Shown here: piece by piece, positions 11,101 to 19,935 of the stretch
Numbering within the stretch: position 1 is the stretch's first letter
Layout of the letters: each line of letters starts with the position of its first letter
Source of the DNA: an uncultured virus (IMG/VR IMGVR_UViG_3300010347_003641)
Taxonomy: Duplodnaviria > Heunggongvirae > Uroviricota > Caudoviricetes
Strand: one strand, 5' to 3'
Length of the DNA: 64,000 nt
Virus record (IMG/VR): IMGVR_UViG_3300010347_003641
Notes under the pieces: generated by a model
The model's database searches: none
What the model saw: only the letters and a program-made list of their open reading frames with translations
What the model was told of the DNA's origin: nothing
Program-made: the position numbers and the translations under genes

Positions 11101-13333
11101 CTTCCAGGATTACACCGACCTCTTGGAAAGGATAGGCTCACTCGAGGCCTTGAAGCCAGACATTGAGCAGTCGATGTGCTTCGACGCCGGCGCCGCGAAG
11201 ACCGAGTCCGCAGTCATGGATTCCGACGGTAGGGTCCTCATAGGCGGCACCAATTACCTGCTGGACGGGCTCCTGCTGCCAGCAGGCGATACCTTCGCCA
11301 AGTTGAAGCAAACGTACGGGCTGTACACTACCGTGCCGGAAATCTATTTCAAGACGACCGGTCTGTTCAAAAGAGACAGGAACGGCAACCAATTCCAGAC
11401 CGTGAAGATATACTCGCTCGTGTCAGACACGGAACGGTATCTTGTCAACGCAGAACTTATAGAACAGGGGCTTGCCGGCTCCGACCCGATGTGCGAATCG
11501 GAAGAGGGAAAGTATTACGCGTGGATTGAGCTGCAGGCCGTAAGGAACGGCGAGGGAATCTACGCAGACAGGGCTGCGTCGAGAGTGCCGGAACGCGCCT
11601 TCCTTTACTCGTCTCCGAAACAGTACGTTCTCGAATTCTCCGACAGCATTCCGCTGGACAATTTCATGTCGGCCTTGAGGGCTTCGATCGACTCGGTGAA
11701 GGAAAGGCTCACGGAGATATCCAGATACTTCCCTGCCGCTTCATCCGACAACAAGAACGTGAACGCCGATATAAAGAACGTTGAGAACAACAACATATTC
11801 TCGGCTTCCGGTGATTCCAGATTCTCCGGCGTGATCAAAACGATATTGGGCGACGTAGAGAATTTCGAGAAGTCGATGAACACCGCTCAGCTCAAGATAA
11901 CCTCCAACAGTGGCGGCATAAAGATCACGTCAACGAACCGCCTGTTTGTCGCCTTGCTTGCAGGTCTTACGTCTGCGAACGGCTGCTTCGCCAAAGTCGA
12001 TAGCCTCGCCAATTCCATAACCGACTCGGTCAACAAGAGATTCTCCGAACTGGAAAACCTCGACCAACAACTCGTAAACCTCGCGATACAGGGTCAGAAC
12101 CTGGAGAAACTCCTCAACAGTGGCACCAGGTTCAGCTACATACCAATTTCCAAGGAGACAAACAAGTTCGAATTGATGAACATTCCCGGCACCAAACCGT
12201 TCAGGCAGTCGCACTACATAGGATCGATGAGCCTCCTGGGCAACACAATAGCGGCGAGCAAAGCCGAGATAGCAAACGAAGTTGTCTTGTACACGAAGGC
12301 CGTTTACGACGACTGGTGGATACCGTTCAAGTGGTTCGGCGCCCTTTTTGCCTCGCTCTTCACGGCTGGGAACGTTTCGAAGGAAACGATAAACAACGTG
12401 CGGTACATGGTTTACAAGGCGCAGTTCGACGACGATATAAGGGACGAAAACGTCATAGCCAAGCATGTGATAGATGAAGACGCCAAGCAATTGCAGACCA
12501 AGGCGCTCGTCGCGACCAGCGTACTCGACGATTCCATAAAGCGAATGTACGCCGGATACGCCACAATACTCGGCAGGCCCACTATAAAACCGCACGATAT
12601 AGTCTATATAAACGATGCGAGGAATGGAATGTCAGGCGCTTTCGGCGTCAAAGAGGTAATTCACAGTTTCGGGAAAGACTCCGGGTTCACCACTATGGTC
12701 AGGCCATACTTGCTGACCGAAGTACGCGACGTCGAGACGAAGTTTTGGGCCGTGTTCTCTCGCGCCCTCATAAACCTCGGGCTCGAGTTCGTCCTGTCCT
12801 TCGTTGTCGGAGGAATAGGCGCTCCTCTGATATCCAAAATCACAACACCGTTCTTGAAGTCGGCTGTCGTTAGAAGCGCAGCCAACCTCTACGGCTCCTA
12901 CCTGCTTCTCAATTTCGGGTACTCTATTTTCGGCAGTGAATACTCCGTCGGCGCCTCTCGTTCGTGCGGGATCTCTTCGAACCAGGGGACGGACCTAGAA
13001 CAGTACGTTACCGACGAGGCATCCGACGAAGGCTCATACTTCACTGGCGAATTCCAGACGCTAGTTACTAACCAGCGTGTTATAAACCCTATAGCAATTT
13101 ACCCGCTACAAGTTTATGGGATACCGCTGGTGATAGGCTTAGACGGAATGAGCCTTGCGAAGAAAAACATAAGCGATATTAGGCACGAGGATTTCATAAA
13201 TTACTGGAAGGAAGTCGCCCGTGGCGTAGAGGCCTACGGGTACGGCGCGAGAATGTTTTTCAACACGAGTTTCGACATGTTCAATACGGCTTACCAGCAA
13301 ATGCTGATGAGCATCAGGACTGGTGTGAGATGA
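5165..13333 (+). CDS. Multidomain baseplate hub-like protein (T4 gp27/gpD-like C-terminal region) with SNase (thermonuclease) domains
   Basis: Likely TTG start at 5165 after GGGAG (ORF track starts at 5144). SNase motifs VDGDT, VRLLGLDAPE, DDKGRLLCY and GLW at about 5876-6295; Pro/Glu linker at about 6755-7000; hub-like motifs LYVKYG...VFQGRVTNM...IIAESFGADL and GYATILGRPTIKPHDIVYIND...GAFGVKEVIHSF...GFTT. Confidence 0.75.
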   Translation: MINFWNVNYEKQNTPYDFKTYRKSIEAFPKDERWAENENGIYVEGLPTDESYDTTGHYEAVNMIDQWAYDPSVIKLVDLYLDQQMEAAIVNPVYVDSTGVLRDFLKEADPRCCDMWASVASFFPKYIHFNIADTDGDAKSYFDHRLIILPTQAHGLNDKELLKIGVVGTPDGKAGELVQSLIEDENSELMFHLNPYPAKAELLGTNGLTPVKLNINGAEVWYFSEYFDMYNATGKEDALVVGIVDGDTISVDRAATDNVIDKVRLLGLDAPEIVDPNSPPAFFGPEAAAFAKTVLDGCEIKLSYDRTVKDDKGRLLCYAWLPVQYEGQTKHVLFNLLSVLNGYGTSCSDFDIEKNSLFMFQDAQMFAEDNEFGLWESEKLGTDYNFMIKLRGKRNKHTLSPGGSAAKLLCDCFDHIDVVPSAFSYAMYFLFPYVAYQQGLNELKNQADFHNYAQTVAAKFPSTVIIELNAQIVQELGEDAVAGIINSRIRPFLESGYTFQPNVQDHIPEFIFGLPDVSEGIKIFNKILLGEKPPTPPTPPEEEEEPEPPAVSDPVIEEPKVVLDTPVLPPIAIEAPEEPEDKLEEIKIPEVPSEPTPEPVETVTPVPSQEEIEKKILIDWAKELDDEHRVGKVEPRNVYAPDDIELDQEYSPTPGQKPYTSIQQAIYSKPDDPAQIANTLGNAKQLKQTEVAFVPTAVKTFMKDDITIIGTVGLIGGPTSISVTTIPKVVDMNSTVVGIDSRDYGYAENVMTISAIFSEDGVERQFVNVAGSVIPANMAALIAMFDLTPYVPIYSKDIYKLVPSEVAPFSQSKDVIYGALKSISVKNMSAFVDTYQVDMEFLLTPLELVMNGPVMYVDIVSNGSTAVNIPKSFLYESKEFVNRVLKRQLEKSAVSSFLFDQKLRGYELSMSLDAADMIDAVVTAFRQTKDSLQDWYQNRENTIEEQAGYVNLLYSLEGIAQALNDELEGIRAESDEMWQMGIQMESEVKGVTVPSEDGEGLTPKQIPAPAIYFQNIDSLVVGYDNIFAPLTIQNATLPIYQLITRTPVFATVDLVATNPDSVNAVSAFMKAFQKIMKSNAEIFNGAIPISVNNPLLTVFGADKFNIRKFDVANADEMPNVFRAQLNISENTSRKVLQNTRIETTEGIVKEYINAILETYYSAKDSAGLYWTSFDPEFHLLADIVPIFNRGSINTAIASALCSSAIGMNIFLLLLAASKSVYDRQKDLGGVGDFYVRVSGFKIKKNGYVEYEPIPGYRTVNDYEDIDNVFGLLMGNSNTSDLIRKAFGEERAFARLEALFVSRAETLLGYIKPGDEEIDGRMIEYIISQLYYNISSGACEDLLAGSVIDGFVFHALSSIRDELKNGNREILTDVFSNYMALVSNIDATKLSILTAYTYAGKNDITGEKIPMSLSSAYIMIADEITSFTAEDSNIKSGDLLETLYNEKIKSKLTVHHNCLEAPLSEIFWTNSVPLKGDIISSVTNNVADPITKEISEGLNKLYAYGSADSYVASNVMKKVAANELKRIAESIPSRIVSMVTSANAPIQLTDQSKIWTLQNIEITGNDKSSSIYAKYADNLVEKNFGKRVESIMNEAIDKIENSVAGDTDMKLTITNSDFVTQIANAFSNLSQELSMYELGADLLIPTINVVFSPSVEGGFLEFANLTQAMVNTIIGFEVVHDMDSPASTCVIKFIASSDRTRDDGSITLKSELAKIIIGAGTNVSLYVKYGNTSNMTSLVFQGRVTNMQTDDAITIIAESFGADLLKPIFKSDKRIGGLFCNPRDMVVDALVRTESPSLGMKSNFLQTMAKLFSQKIYGDDSVREMKAYSDKLFFAEYRALHGLINVYFPYKYWGLNVGKKLFMSGQYDAMQHMSYGESYFHAYHAKAGSCAWDVVKDALNRVPGYVAYPVNYGIGRQTLFFGKPEYRYKYLPGTVGSNNKTLIQQAIQSEAGQLINSAVSFYSSIIAKTDALLDEYHRGLFQDYTDLLERIGSLEALKPDIEQSMCFDAGAAKTESAVMDSDGRVLIGGTNYLLDGLLLPAGDTFAKLKQTYGLYTTVPEIYFKTTGLFKRDRNGNQFQTVKIYSLVSDTERYLVNAELIEQGLAGSDPMCESEEGKYYAWIELQAVRNGEGIYADRAASRVPERAFLYSSPKQYVLEFSDSIPLDNFMSALRASIDSVKERLTEISRYFPAASSDNKNVNADIKNVENNNIFSASGDSRFSGVIKTILGDVENFEKSMNTAQLKITSNSGGIKITSTNRLFVALLAGLTSANGCFAKVDSLANSITDSVNKRFSELENLDQQLVNLAIQGQNLEKLLNSGTRFSYIPISKETNKFELMNIPGTKPFRQSHYIGSMSLLGNTIAASKAEIANEVVLYTKAVYDDWWIPFKWFGALFASLFTAGNVSKETINNVRYMVYKAQFDDDIRDENVIAKHVIDEDAKQLQTKALVATSVLDDSIKRMYAGYATILGRPTIKPHDIVYINDARNGMSGAFGVKEVIHSFGKDSGFTTMVRPYLLTEVRDVETKFWAVFSRALINLGLEFVLSFVVGGIGAPLISKITTPFLKSAVVRSAANLYGSYLLLNFGYSIFGSEYSVGASRSCGISSNQGTDLEQYVTDEASDEGSYFTGEFQTLVTNQRVINPIAIYPLQVYGIPLVIGLDGMSLAKKNISDIRHEDFINYWKEVARGVEAYGYGARMFFNTSFDMFNTAYQQMLMSIRTGVR

Positions 13334-13590
13334 AGAGTTTTTCCGTGATACCGGAACGCGTCAATTTCAGAATGCTCTCTGCGACCATCAAAATAGACGG
13401 GGATCTCGTCGATATTCCGCTCGCTTACTTGCCGGATATACCCAACGAATTCGACTGCAAGAAGCTTTTTGTCATGGTCATTCAGGGCGACGATTCCAGT
13501 CTCGTCGGAATACCGTACTTCAAGATGAACAAAGCCATAGAAAGGGACAAGGAACAGCGGTATGTACATCCGTCGGTTCCTCGAATGTGA
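13330..13590 (+). CDS. Small baseplate protein, possibly the OB-fold part of a spike
   Basis: ATGA overlap with the hub gene; beta-rich 86 aa; occupies the usual spike position. Confidence 0.45.
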   Translation: MKSFSVIPERVNFRMLSATIKIDGDLVDIPLAYLPDIPNEFDCKKLFVMVIQGDDSSLVGIPYFKMNKAIERDKEQRYVHPSVPRM

Positions 13591-13600
13591 GGTGTCTGAA

Positions 13601-13975
13601 TTGCCCGGCGAAACGATAATGGCATACATAAACTCCGAGATAAAGAGAAAGGAAGACAATCCCGTTCAGAAGATGTTGAAACCCGAGGGCGGCGGCGACT
13701 CTTTCGTGGCAGTTACCGACAATTCCGTCGAACTAATAGCCGGCCAGCACGGGATCGTCATCGACGAAGCAGGAGTGCATATAAAAGGCCAGATGAAGCA
13801 CTACGAGATGCCGACGACCAACAAGCACGCCGGCATATTCTTCGAGAACCCCGTCGAGGAAGTGTTCATACCGTCCACCGCCGCAACGTGGATAATGCAC
13901 TTGCTTCCAGCCAACCCAATAGGCCGCTTCACGCCGTTCGTCATGGCTGTCGCAAAGATAATGGGGAGCATATGA
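13601..13975 (+). CDS. Spike-like beta-helical protein
   Basis: Likely TTG start at 13601 after GAGGTG (track starts at 13562). Short beta repeats VAVTDNSVELIAGQHGIVIDEAGVHIKG; lies between hub and gp25-like genes. Confidence 0.45.
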   Translation: MPGETIMAYINSEIKRKEDNPVQKMLKPEGGGDSFVAVTDNSVELIAGQHGIVIDEAGVHIKGQMKHYEMPTTNKHAGIFFENPVEEVFIPSTAATWIMHLLPANPIGRFTPFVMAVAKIMGSI

Positions 13976-13976
13976 C

Positions 13977-14414
13977 ATGTACGATGAAATCTTCGACCTT
14001 ATGGTCATAGATGGAGATATAGTGATAGGAACTGCCGATGTGATGTTATGCAACGGCAGCGAAGCGTTGAAAAACATAGTCAACAACGTCGTGTTCTCGA
14101 GAGTAGGCTCGTACCGGCTCAACCCTATATTCGGCTCAAACATCTTCGCGAGGATAAGCGGCTTTAGAAGCTGGTCCGATCAGTCCGGCTTTGCAGAAGC
14201 CTTTTCGACCGATCTCAAAAACGCATTGAAGGTTCTCGACCCCGTCCTGGCCAACGCCATAAATGTGAAGCCGGGTGAAATGTCGCCGGAGGGAAAGATC
14301 TCTTCGAGCCTCGTAATAGACAATTCGAACGAACTGCCCTTCGAATTGAGCATGATTGATTCTGAGCTGAAGTTCGGATCATTTTCGGAGGTAAGCGATG
14401 AGAACGTACAGTGA
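13977..14414 (+). CDS. Baseplate wedge / sheath initiator (gp25/XkdS-like)
   Basis: DGDIV...GSEALKN...SRVGSYRLNPIFGSNI pattern; immediately upstream of baseplate J. Confidence 0.7.
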   Translation: MYDEIFDLMVIDGDIVIGTADVMLCNGSEALKNIVNNVVFSRVGSYRLNPIFGSNIFARISGFRSWSDQSGFAEAFSTDLKNALKVLDPVLANAINVKPGEMSPEGKISSSLVIDNSNELPFELSMIDSELKFGSFSEVSDENVQ

Positions 14415-15552
14415 AATCTTTTCTCAAATAACCGATAGAATCATGAAATACACTCCAGTAAAGACGTTGCAACCGGGTACGGTTTTGCGGACTCTGGTCG
14501 AGGCAATGAGCAAAGAGCTGGAGCGCGTCAACTACGAACTCGACAGGGCGTTGTACAACAACGTTATTTCAACGGCTTCGGGAATGCACCTCGACGCTAT
14601 GGCCAAAGTCTTCGGGCTGGAAAGGCGCATAGGATACGACGTAAACACCGTATCGGGAATAGAATTCTATTCGCCGTCCGGAGTTCTCGGCGAGGAAATA
14701 ACCGGCGAATTCTTCAGAGGAGACATCAAAATTACGAACGCAGACAATTCGGTCGAACTGTCCGTCGTGCCTTTCACGGTCTCTTCGAACGACTTGAACA
14801 GGAAGAGCATAAACGCGATGGCGCGAGTAACGCGCAAATGGATAGACGAAATACCGGCCGGCACGCTGAAGTTTTACACGCCGACTTCCGGAAAGATGAA
14901 AGTGAACAACCCGAATTCTATTCGACTTTCCGTTGGTGGTGAAGGCGACGAAGAGTTCAGGTACAAAGTTTCGAGATTCATAAGGGCCGTTGCCGGCGGG
15001 AACAGGGCATCTGTTAGAGTTGCTGCCATTTCTGTCCCGGGAGTGGCCGACGTGATGATAGACGATCGGTCGCGTTACGGTTTCGGCGCCTTTGACGTTT
15101 ACGTTATCGGCGAGGACCTCACCACCGATTACCTCTTGGTCACGCCGGTGGAGGAAGCGATAATGGGCATAACGCCTCCCGGCATAAAGGCCAACGTGAT
15201 GGCCACTCCGAAGATACTCGTGGGTTGCTCTTTCAAGGCGATAGTCAGGAACGGTTCGTCCGACGAAATGTTGAGAGAGATCATCAACAAGGCGTTGAAG
15301 AACTACGTTGACAACATAACCATCTCCGGAGAGCTTAGCAAATACAAGATGATCGACGCGATCGCGAAGTCGGATATCAACGTTATAGACGTCGAGGATT
15401 TTCGCTTCTTCGTCAGCTTCATCGATCCGAACAGGAACATAACACAGACAGGCACTACGGAAGTTTTGAGCCAGAAGGTGAGCTTCGGCGGCATTTACAA
15501 ATTCATGATGAACCCGACCGGCGGAACCTCGATCGAGTTCATAAAGGGCTGA
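14398..15552 (+). CDS. Baseplate J-like wedge protein
   Basis: PGTVLRTLVEA, TASGMHLDAMAKVFGLER and GGEGDEEFRYK...GGNRASVRVAAISVPGVADV motifs. Confidence 0.85.
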   Translation: MRTYSEIFSQITDRIMKYTPVKTLQPGTVLRTLVEAMSKELERVNYELDRALYNNVISTASGMHLDAMAKVFGLERRIGYDVNTVSGIEFYSPSGVLGEEITGEFFRGDIKITNADNSVELSVVPFTVSSNDLNRKSINAMARVTRKWIDEIPAGTLKFYTPTSGKMKVNNPNSIRLSVGGEGDEEFRYKVSRFIRAVAGGNRASVRVAAISVPGVADVMIDDRSRYGFGAFDVYVIGEDLTTDYLLVTPVEEAIMGITPPGIKANVMATPKILVGCSFKAIVRNGSSDEMLREIINKALKNYVDNITISGELSKYKMIDAIAKSDINVIDVEDFRFFVSFIDPNRNITQTGTTEVLSQKVSFGGIYKFMMNPTGGTSIEFIKG

Positions 15553-15556
15553 TCAC

Positions 15557-18100
15557 ATGAAAGACCTGTTTGTTGATGTAAGAACCAGAGAGCGGCCGGT
15601 AGTGTTGTACTATTTCGCCAAAAACGGCATAGTGCGTTGGTCCGTGTACGGCTCTTTCGATTACTTCGAATTGAGGAAGAAGAAAAAGCTGCCAGAAGAG
15701 AACTGGACGCTTCTCACGCAAACGGAAGAGAATGTTTTCATTGACAGCGGCATGGCATGCAGCGACGAATACAAATTGTCGGTAGTTCTTGACGGGCGAG
15801 AAGTTGCGTACGCTGTATTTCCAGCCATCGAAGAGGAGGCCACTTCTTCTGGCTTCCCACTTTCGTCGGCCGGTTACAGGATTCTCGACATCTTGCCGTC
15901 GGTGTTCAACGCACATAAAAACCATGTTTCGAAAACCAAGTTGAACCTTCTAGCAAACACGCTCGGGCTCGGAATAGACTCGACCACGAAGGAGATATAT
16001 CGGAACATGGACGCCGGTTCATTTGCCTTCTTCGACCCGTACGGTATCGACTCGTACTCCTTCGTGAGCAAGACCGGCGATTCGGTTTCGGTTAACGGTG
16101 AGGAGTTTTTCGAGAGCCGCTCAGTCGTGCCGGATTCTTACAGCTACGAAGGCCGCATCTTCAGATTCCCGTTCGCCGAAACTAAGGCCTTTTCGTCGTG
16201 GCACATCTCGCGGACCTGCGCTGTCAGGTATCAGGACTTCATAGACTATCTAGCATTCGGTTACGACTGGACGAAAAACGAGATAAAGGTCTTGGCCTAC
16301 CTTACGAACGAACCTGTCGGCCGTATAACGCTCCCGGGCAGCGAAAACGTATCCTTCGCCGCCATGCACATCTTCGAAGACACAGTTTACGTACTCGACA
16401 AAGCCAGCCGGTCTGTCCTGTGTTTTGCCAAACCGGACACCGGAAACGGACGCGCCAAATTCATAGGCTCGGCGCCTCTGGATTACCTGCACGGCTCGCC
16501 TCTAGGAATACTCCCGATCGCAGGTTGCCTTCTAGTGGCTACAACCGATTGGATAGACGTTTACAACGCACAGTACAAGAGATATTTCGTGAGCGATGGG
16601 AAGACTTACGCAACCGGACACCACGACTACATAAAGATCGACGGAGTCTCTTACAGAGCTGCGCAAACAGACAACTGGACGATAATAGACGAGTACATGC
16701 AAACGTTCTCTTACACCAGAGAAGGCAAAAGGCTTGCGAGGGCCGTTGTCGAGTTTTCAAACAATTGGCTCGATTCGAACGGCTCGCGGAACAGCATACT
16801 GATGAACCTCGCGGCATGCGGCATAAACAAGTCGAAAGTTATAGAGCTTTGCGACATAGACAAACGCGTCGATCTAACCGTCGAGGAAAAAGTACACATA
16901 GTGAACAAGTTCGACATGCCTCTCTCGTGGGGCGACGGCATCTTCGACAAGACGCCCGAGACGATGCAGATGTTTTACGAACCGATAAAGACGCGGTTCG
17001 ATTCCTTCTCCGCGCCGTTGTTCGGCACTCCAAGCTTCTCCGGCAACGTCCACGGGAAACGGGCCGCTGCGCTATCGAACGGCTATCTTGCGGAGTTTGA
17101 CTTCTACAAAGAGGTTTCTATAAACGGGGCCGGAACCTTCGATGCGGCTCCGTGCTATCTTGCCGGTTACACTTCGGACAAGCCGGTGATGTTCGTAGGG
17201 CCGAGCAGGGCTTGCGACTTCTTCTCGTCTGCGAGCGCCACGGAACTGTCGATAGAACGCAAGGACGCCGACGAGATAGAGGTTTATTACACCAGCGCCG
17301 GCAGACATATAAGAGAGATACTCACTCCGCTTGCTGGTGTTGTTACCACGTCGCAACCTATCGACTACAACTGCGAGGTAGAGGTTTACGCCCACATAGG
17401 GAACCGCGAGATACCGCTCGCCTTCTCGAACGCGAAAAGGCTCGTCGTTATGCAAAGGTCCGGCGACGCAATTTGCGTAAAGGTGCTCGACGGTGGTTCC
17501 ATAAAGCTGTACCTTGGCCTCGACAAAGACTACACAGAAACCAATGGAGGGTTGCCGGCGGGATTTGAAGCGCTCGTGAAAGTCAAGCCGTACGAGGGAT
17601 ACGTCGCAATAGAACCGTCGGATTCATGGTCCGTAACCGTAGATGCCGAAGTGTACGGCGGCGACGATAAGTTCTACATGAAGAGAAGCCAGAACGATTC
17701 CGTGCTAATGACTGTGTCTGTTTATAAGGGAGACTGCGAATTGTCAGAGAACGTCATAGTATCCACGTCGGCTGCCAGCGCCGCGGCTATGTCCGGTTGC
17801 GTTTTGCCTTTTCAGTCGAATTCGCAACCTTCGATCTCTACGCACACTCCAGCGCAGCTCGCCGCCGGAATAACAATGAACGACACGGTAGCAAGCCACA
17901 CGGTAGTCTATGTGTACGACGGCACCAAGTATTTGAAGACTAATCTGAAATTAACGAAATCCAGTTCGCTTTATACTTGCACCGTCGCGGACAGCGCTAA
18001 ACTGTACAAGCCTGCCGAGGAAACCGTTGCGATAAACGTTCGCGGTCAGGTGTACAACAAAACAATATACGTTTCTGTCGAGCCTCCGGCGGACTTATGA
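15557..18100 (+). CDS. Baseplate-associated structural protein, function unknown
   Basis: 847-aa beta-rich ORF, closely coupled within the baseplate operon. Confidence 0.55.
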   Translation: MKDLFVDVRTRERPVVLYYFAKNGIVRWSVYGSFDYFELRKKKKLPEENWTLLTQTEENVFIDSGMACSDEYKLSVVLDGREVAYAVFPAIEEEATSSGFPLSSAGYRILDILPSVFNAHKNHVSKTKLNLLANTLGLGIDSTTKEIYRNMDAGSFAFFDPYGIDSYSFVSKTGDSVSVNGEEFFESRSVVPDSYSYEGRIFRFPFAETKAFSSWHISRTCAVRYQDFIDYLAFGYDWTKNEIKVLAYLTNEPVGRITLPGSENVSFAAMHIFEDTVYVLDKASRSVLCFAKPDTGNGRAKFIGSAPLDYLHGSPLGILPIAGCLLVATTDWIDVYNAQYKRYFVSDGKTYATGHHDYIKIDGVSYRAAQTDNWTIIDEYMQTFSYTREGKRLARAVVEFSNNWLDSNGSRNSILMNLAACGINKSKVIELCDIDKRVDLTVEEKVHIVNKFDMPLSWGDGIFDKTPETMQMFYEPIKTRFDSFSAPLFGTPSFSGNVHGKRAAALSNGYLAEFDFYKEVSINGAGTFDAAPCYLAGYTSDKPVMFVGPSRACDFFSSASATELSIERKDADEIEVYYTSAGRHIREILTPLAGVVTTSQPIDYNCEVEVYAHIGNREIPLAFSNAKRLVVMQRSGDAICVKVLDGGSIKLYLGLDKDYTETNGGLPAGFEALVKVKPYEGYVAIEPSDSWSVTVDAEVYGGDDKFYMKRSQNDSVLMTVSVYKGDCELSENVIVSTSAASAAAMSGCVLPFQSNSQPSISTHTPAQLAAGITMNDTVASHTVVYVYDGTKYLKTNLKLTKSSSLYTCTVADSAKLYKPAEETVAINVRGQVYNKTIYVSVEPPADL

Positions 18101-18108
18101 GGTGAACT

Positions 18109-19434
18109 ATGATTGTTCAATACAGGTCTCTTACGAAGAACGCCCCTGTGATACGAAAGGTAGATTCGTCGAACGTCTCGATGCAGATCAATTCTAAATC
18201 CGTGAAGACGCACAACCACAAAGTAACTACCAACCAGTATCTCACTCCGAACGTAGTGCTGAGCGACGTAACACACACGGACACAGGCGAAAAGTTGTTT
18301 TACAAGCATGAGCTTAAACTCGACGGCGTATTGACCAGAACGCTTGCCATGAACCTCGTTACACTCACAGACCAGAATAAGCAGCCTGTGAGCAGGCAAC
18401 TGTACGATATCCAGATAGTCAACAGCAAGCCGGTACTCTTCTCGAATCTTAGAAACACCGACGCTGCGCAGTATTTCGTAGTTAAGAGGAACGCGACGAA
18501 TAATTCGATATCCAGGGAGCTTTATTGTGCCAAGCCGGTGAAACTTCCTCTCAAGGACGTGCCGGTCGCAGACGGGTCATTCGACGGGTATTACAGCACG
18601 AAGAACCTCATAGACGATACCAACATGGTTTACAGCCTTTCGGAAAACATAGTAGTCGTGCAACCTGACTTTTCACAGATACCTTGGTTCGAAAGCAACT
18701 ACGAGCATTTTACCTGCTCGCTCACGGCCGCAAGGCGTGTATCCGAGAATGTGTTCTCTACCGGGCTCATGTTCGTAAGCAGCTTCTCGAACGGCGGAGT
18801 CAAAAGCGAGGAATGTTCATTCGACGGATACCTGTACATCAGAAGCACCGAAGAGGCTTTAGACGTAGTCGTGTATCTTGACGTGTACGGGTTTCCTATA
18901 GTATGTCAGGCCATAGAGGAGCCTTACCTGCTAGAATTTTCGCTCAACAGGTTCGAGACGACACGCTCGAGCGAATATTCCGGCGATTTTAGCAACGTAA
19001 TAGCGGCGATAACAACGGAGTTCTACAACCGCGAAGAGGAGATGGTCAAGAGAGACGACTCCGATTTCGAAATTGGAGTTGTCGAAGACGCCGATCGTGG
19101 CGACGTGCTGGAGAACGGCGTGTTCGACGTTTCGAGATTCGACAGCAACTACGACACCGGCTCGGCCTGTATATGCGTCATTACAGACGACTCTGAAATA
19201 AATGCGGCGAAAGAGCTTATCAAAAACGACAACAATCCGGTTTTCGCATTCCTTCCGGCCGGTACCTCTATGGTGTTTGTGGATAAAAACTTAAACGACG
19301 TAGCTTCTATCGAATCTGTGAAGACTTCAGAAAGGTTGAGGCTCGTTAACAGAGTCAACGCGGATACCGGAGACGGAAGCACAGGTACATCTCTGAGGAT
19401 AAACGAATCAATCAGAATAGTTCTGGAGGATTAG
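18109..19434 (+). CDS. Baseplate-associated hypothetical protein
   Basis: 441-aa ORF preceded by a GAGGTG RBS. Confidence 0.55.
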   Translation: MIVQYRSLTKNAPVIRKVDSSNVSMQINSKSVKTHNHKVTTNQYLTPNVVLSDVTHTDTGEKLFYKHELKLDGVLTRTLAMNLVTLTDQNKQPVSRQLYDIQIVNSKPVLFSNLRNTDAAQYFVVKRNATNNSISRELYCAKPVKLPLKDVPVADGSFDGYYSTKNLIDDTNMVYSLSENIVVVQPDFSQIPWFESNYEHFTCSLTAARRVSENVFSTGLMFVSSFSNGGVKSEECSFDGYLYIRSTEEALDVVVYLDVYGFPIVCQAIEEPYLLEFSLNRFETTRSSEYSGDFSNVIAAITTEFYNREEEMVKRDDSDFEIGVVEDADRGDVLENGVFDVSRFDSNYDTGSACICVITDDSEINAAKELIKNDNNPVFAFLPAGTSMVFVDKNLNDVASIESVKTSERLRLVNRVNADTGDGSTGTSLRINESIRIVLED

Positions 19435-19435
19435 C

Positions 19436-19870
19436 ATGAGGATCGAAGGACATATAAAGATCGAAATTGAAGGGAAAACCATTGAACAGAAAAACATGGT
19501 CGTCAACGGCGGCCTCGACGCAATCGTTCTCGCCCTGACCTCCGGCACCGCCGTGAGAAACGAGATAACCAAGGTAGCAGTCGGCTCAAGTTCCCAGGCA
19601 GTCGCGGCATCAGACACCGCGCTAGTCTCGCAGATAGAGAGGCTCGCTTTCGACTCTATGGACGTCGATACTTCCATAAGCGGAGTGCGAACGATAACGT
19701 TCGCCAAGCAATTTTCTGCGGTGCAGGCCGTCGGCACGATAAACGAACTAGGCCTTTTTCTAAACAACGGGACCAGCGAAGTCCTGTTCAGCCGCGCCGT
19801 GCTTAGCTCGCCTATAGTGAAAGGCAACGTAACGATGAACGTTACGTGGGATATAGAGTTGTCGTCGTGA
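19436..19870 (+). CDS. Stand-alone tail-fibre attachment/collar-type domain
   Basis: KNMVVNGG...ITKVAVGS...DTAL...INELGLF...LFSRAV pattern, typical of myophage fibre N-terminal modules. Confidence 0.65.
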   Translation: MRIEGHIKIEIEGKTIEQKNMVVNGGLDAIVLALTSGTAVRNEITKVAVGSSSQAVAASDTALVSQIERLAFDSMDVDTSISGVRTITFAKQFSAVQAVGTINELGLFLNNGTSEVLFSRAVLSSPIVKGNVTMNVTWDIELSS

Positions 19871-19887
19871 TTAACAGTTCAATTCCG

Positions 19888-19910
19888 AAGCCCCTTTTAG
19901 GGGCTTTTTT
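19888..19910 (+). terminator. Rho-independent terminator
   Basis: AAGCCCCT-TTT-AGGGGCTT hairpin ending in a T run. Confidence 0.85.
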
Positions 19911-19922
19911 GTTATTCCTTAT
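19911..19922 (+). promoter_or_regulatory. Putative late-promoter motif, copy 2 (GTTATTCCTTAT)
   Basis: Directly after the terminator; begins 25 nt before the ATG of the giant fibre gene. Confidence 0.6.
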
Positions 19923-19935
19923 TGGGGGTGAGTAG

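Noticed and set aside
5165..19870. T6SS or extracellular contractile injection system instead of a phage
   Set aside because: Holin-like, PhoH, HU, tape-measure-like and multiple fibre genes fit a phage; no T6SS membrane complex or eCIS AAA ATPase is visible.
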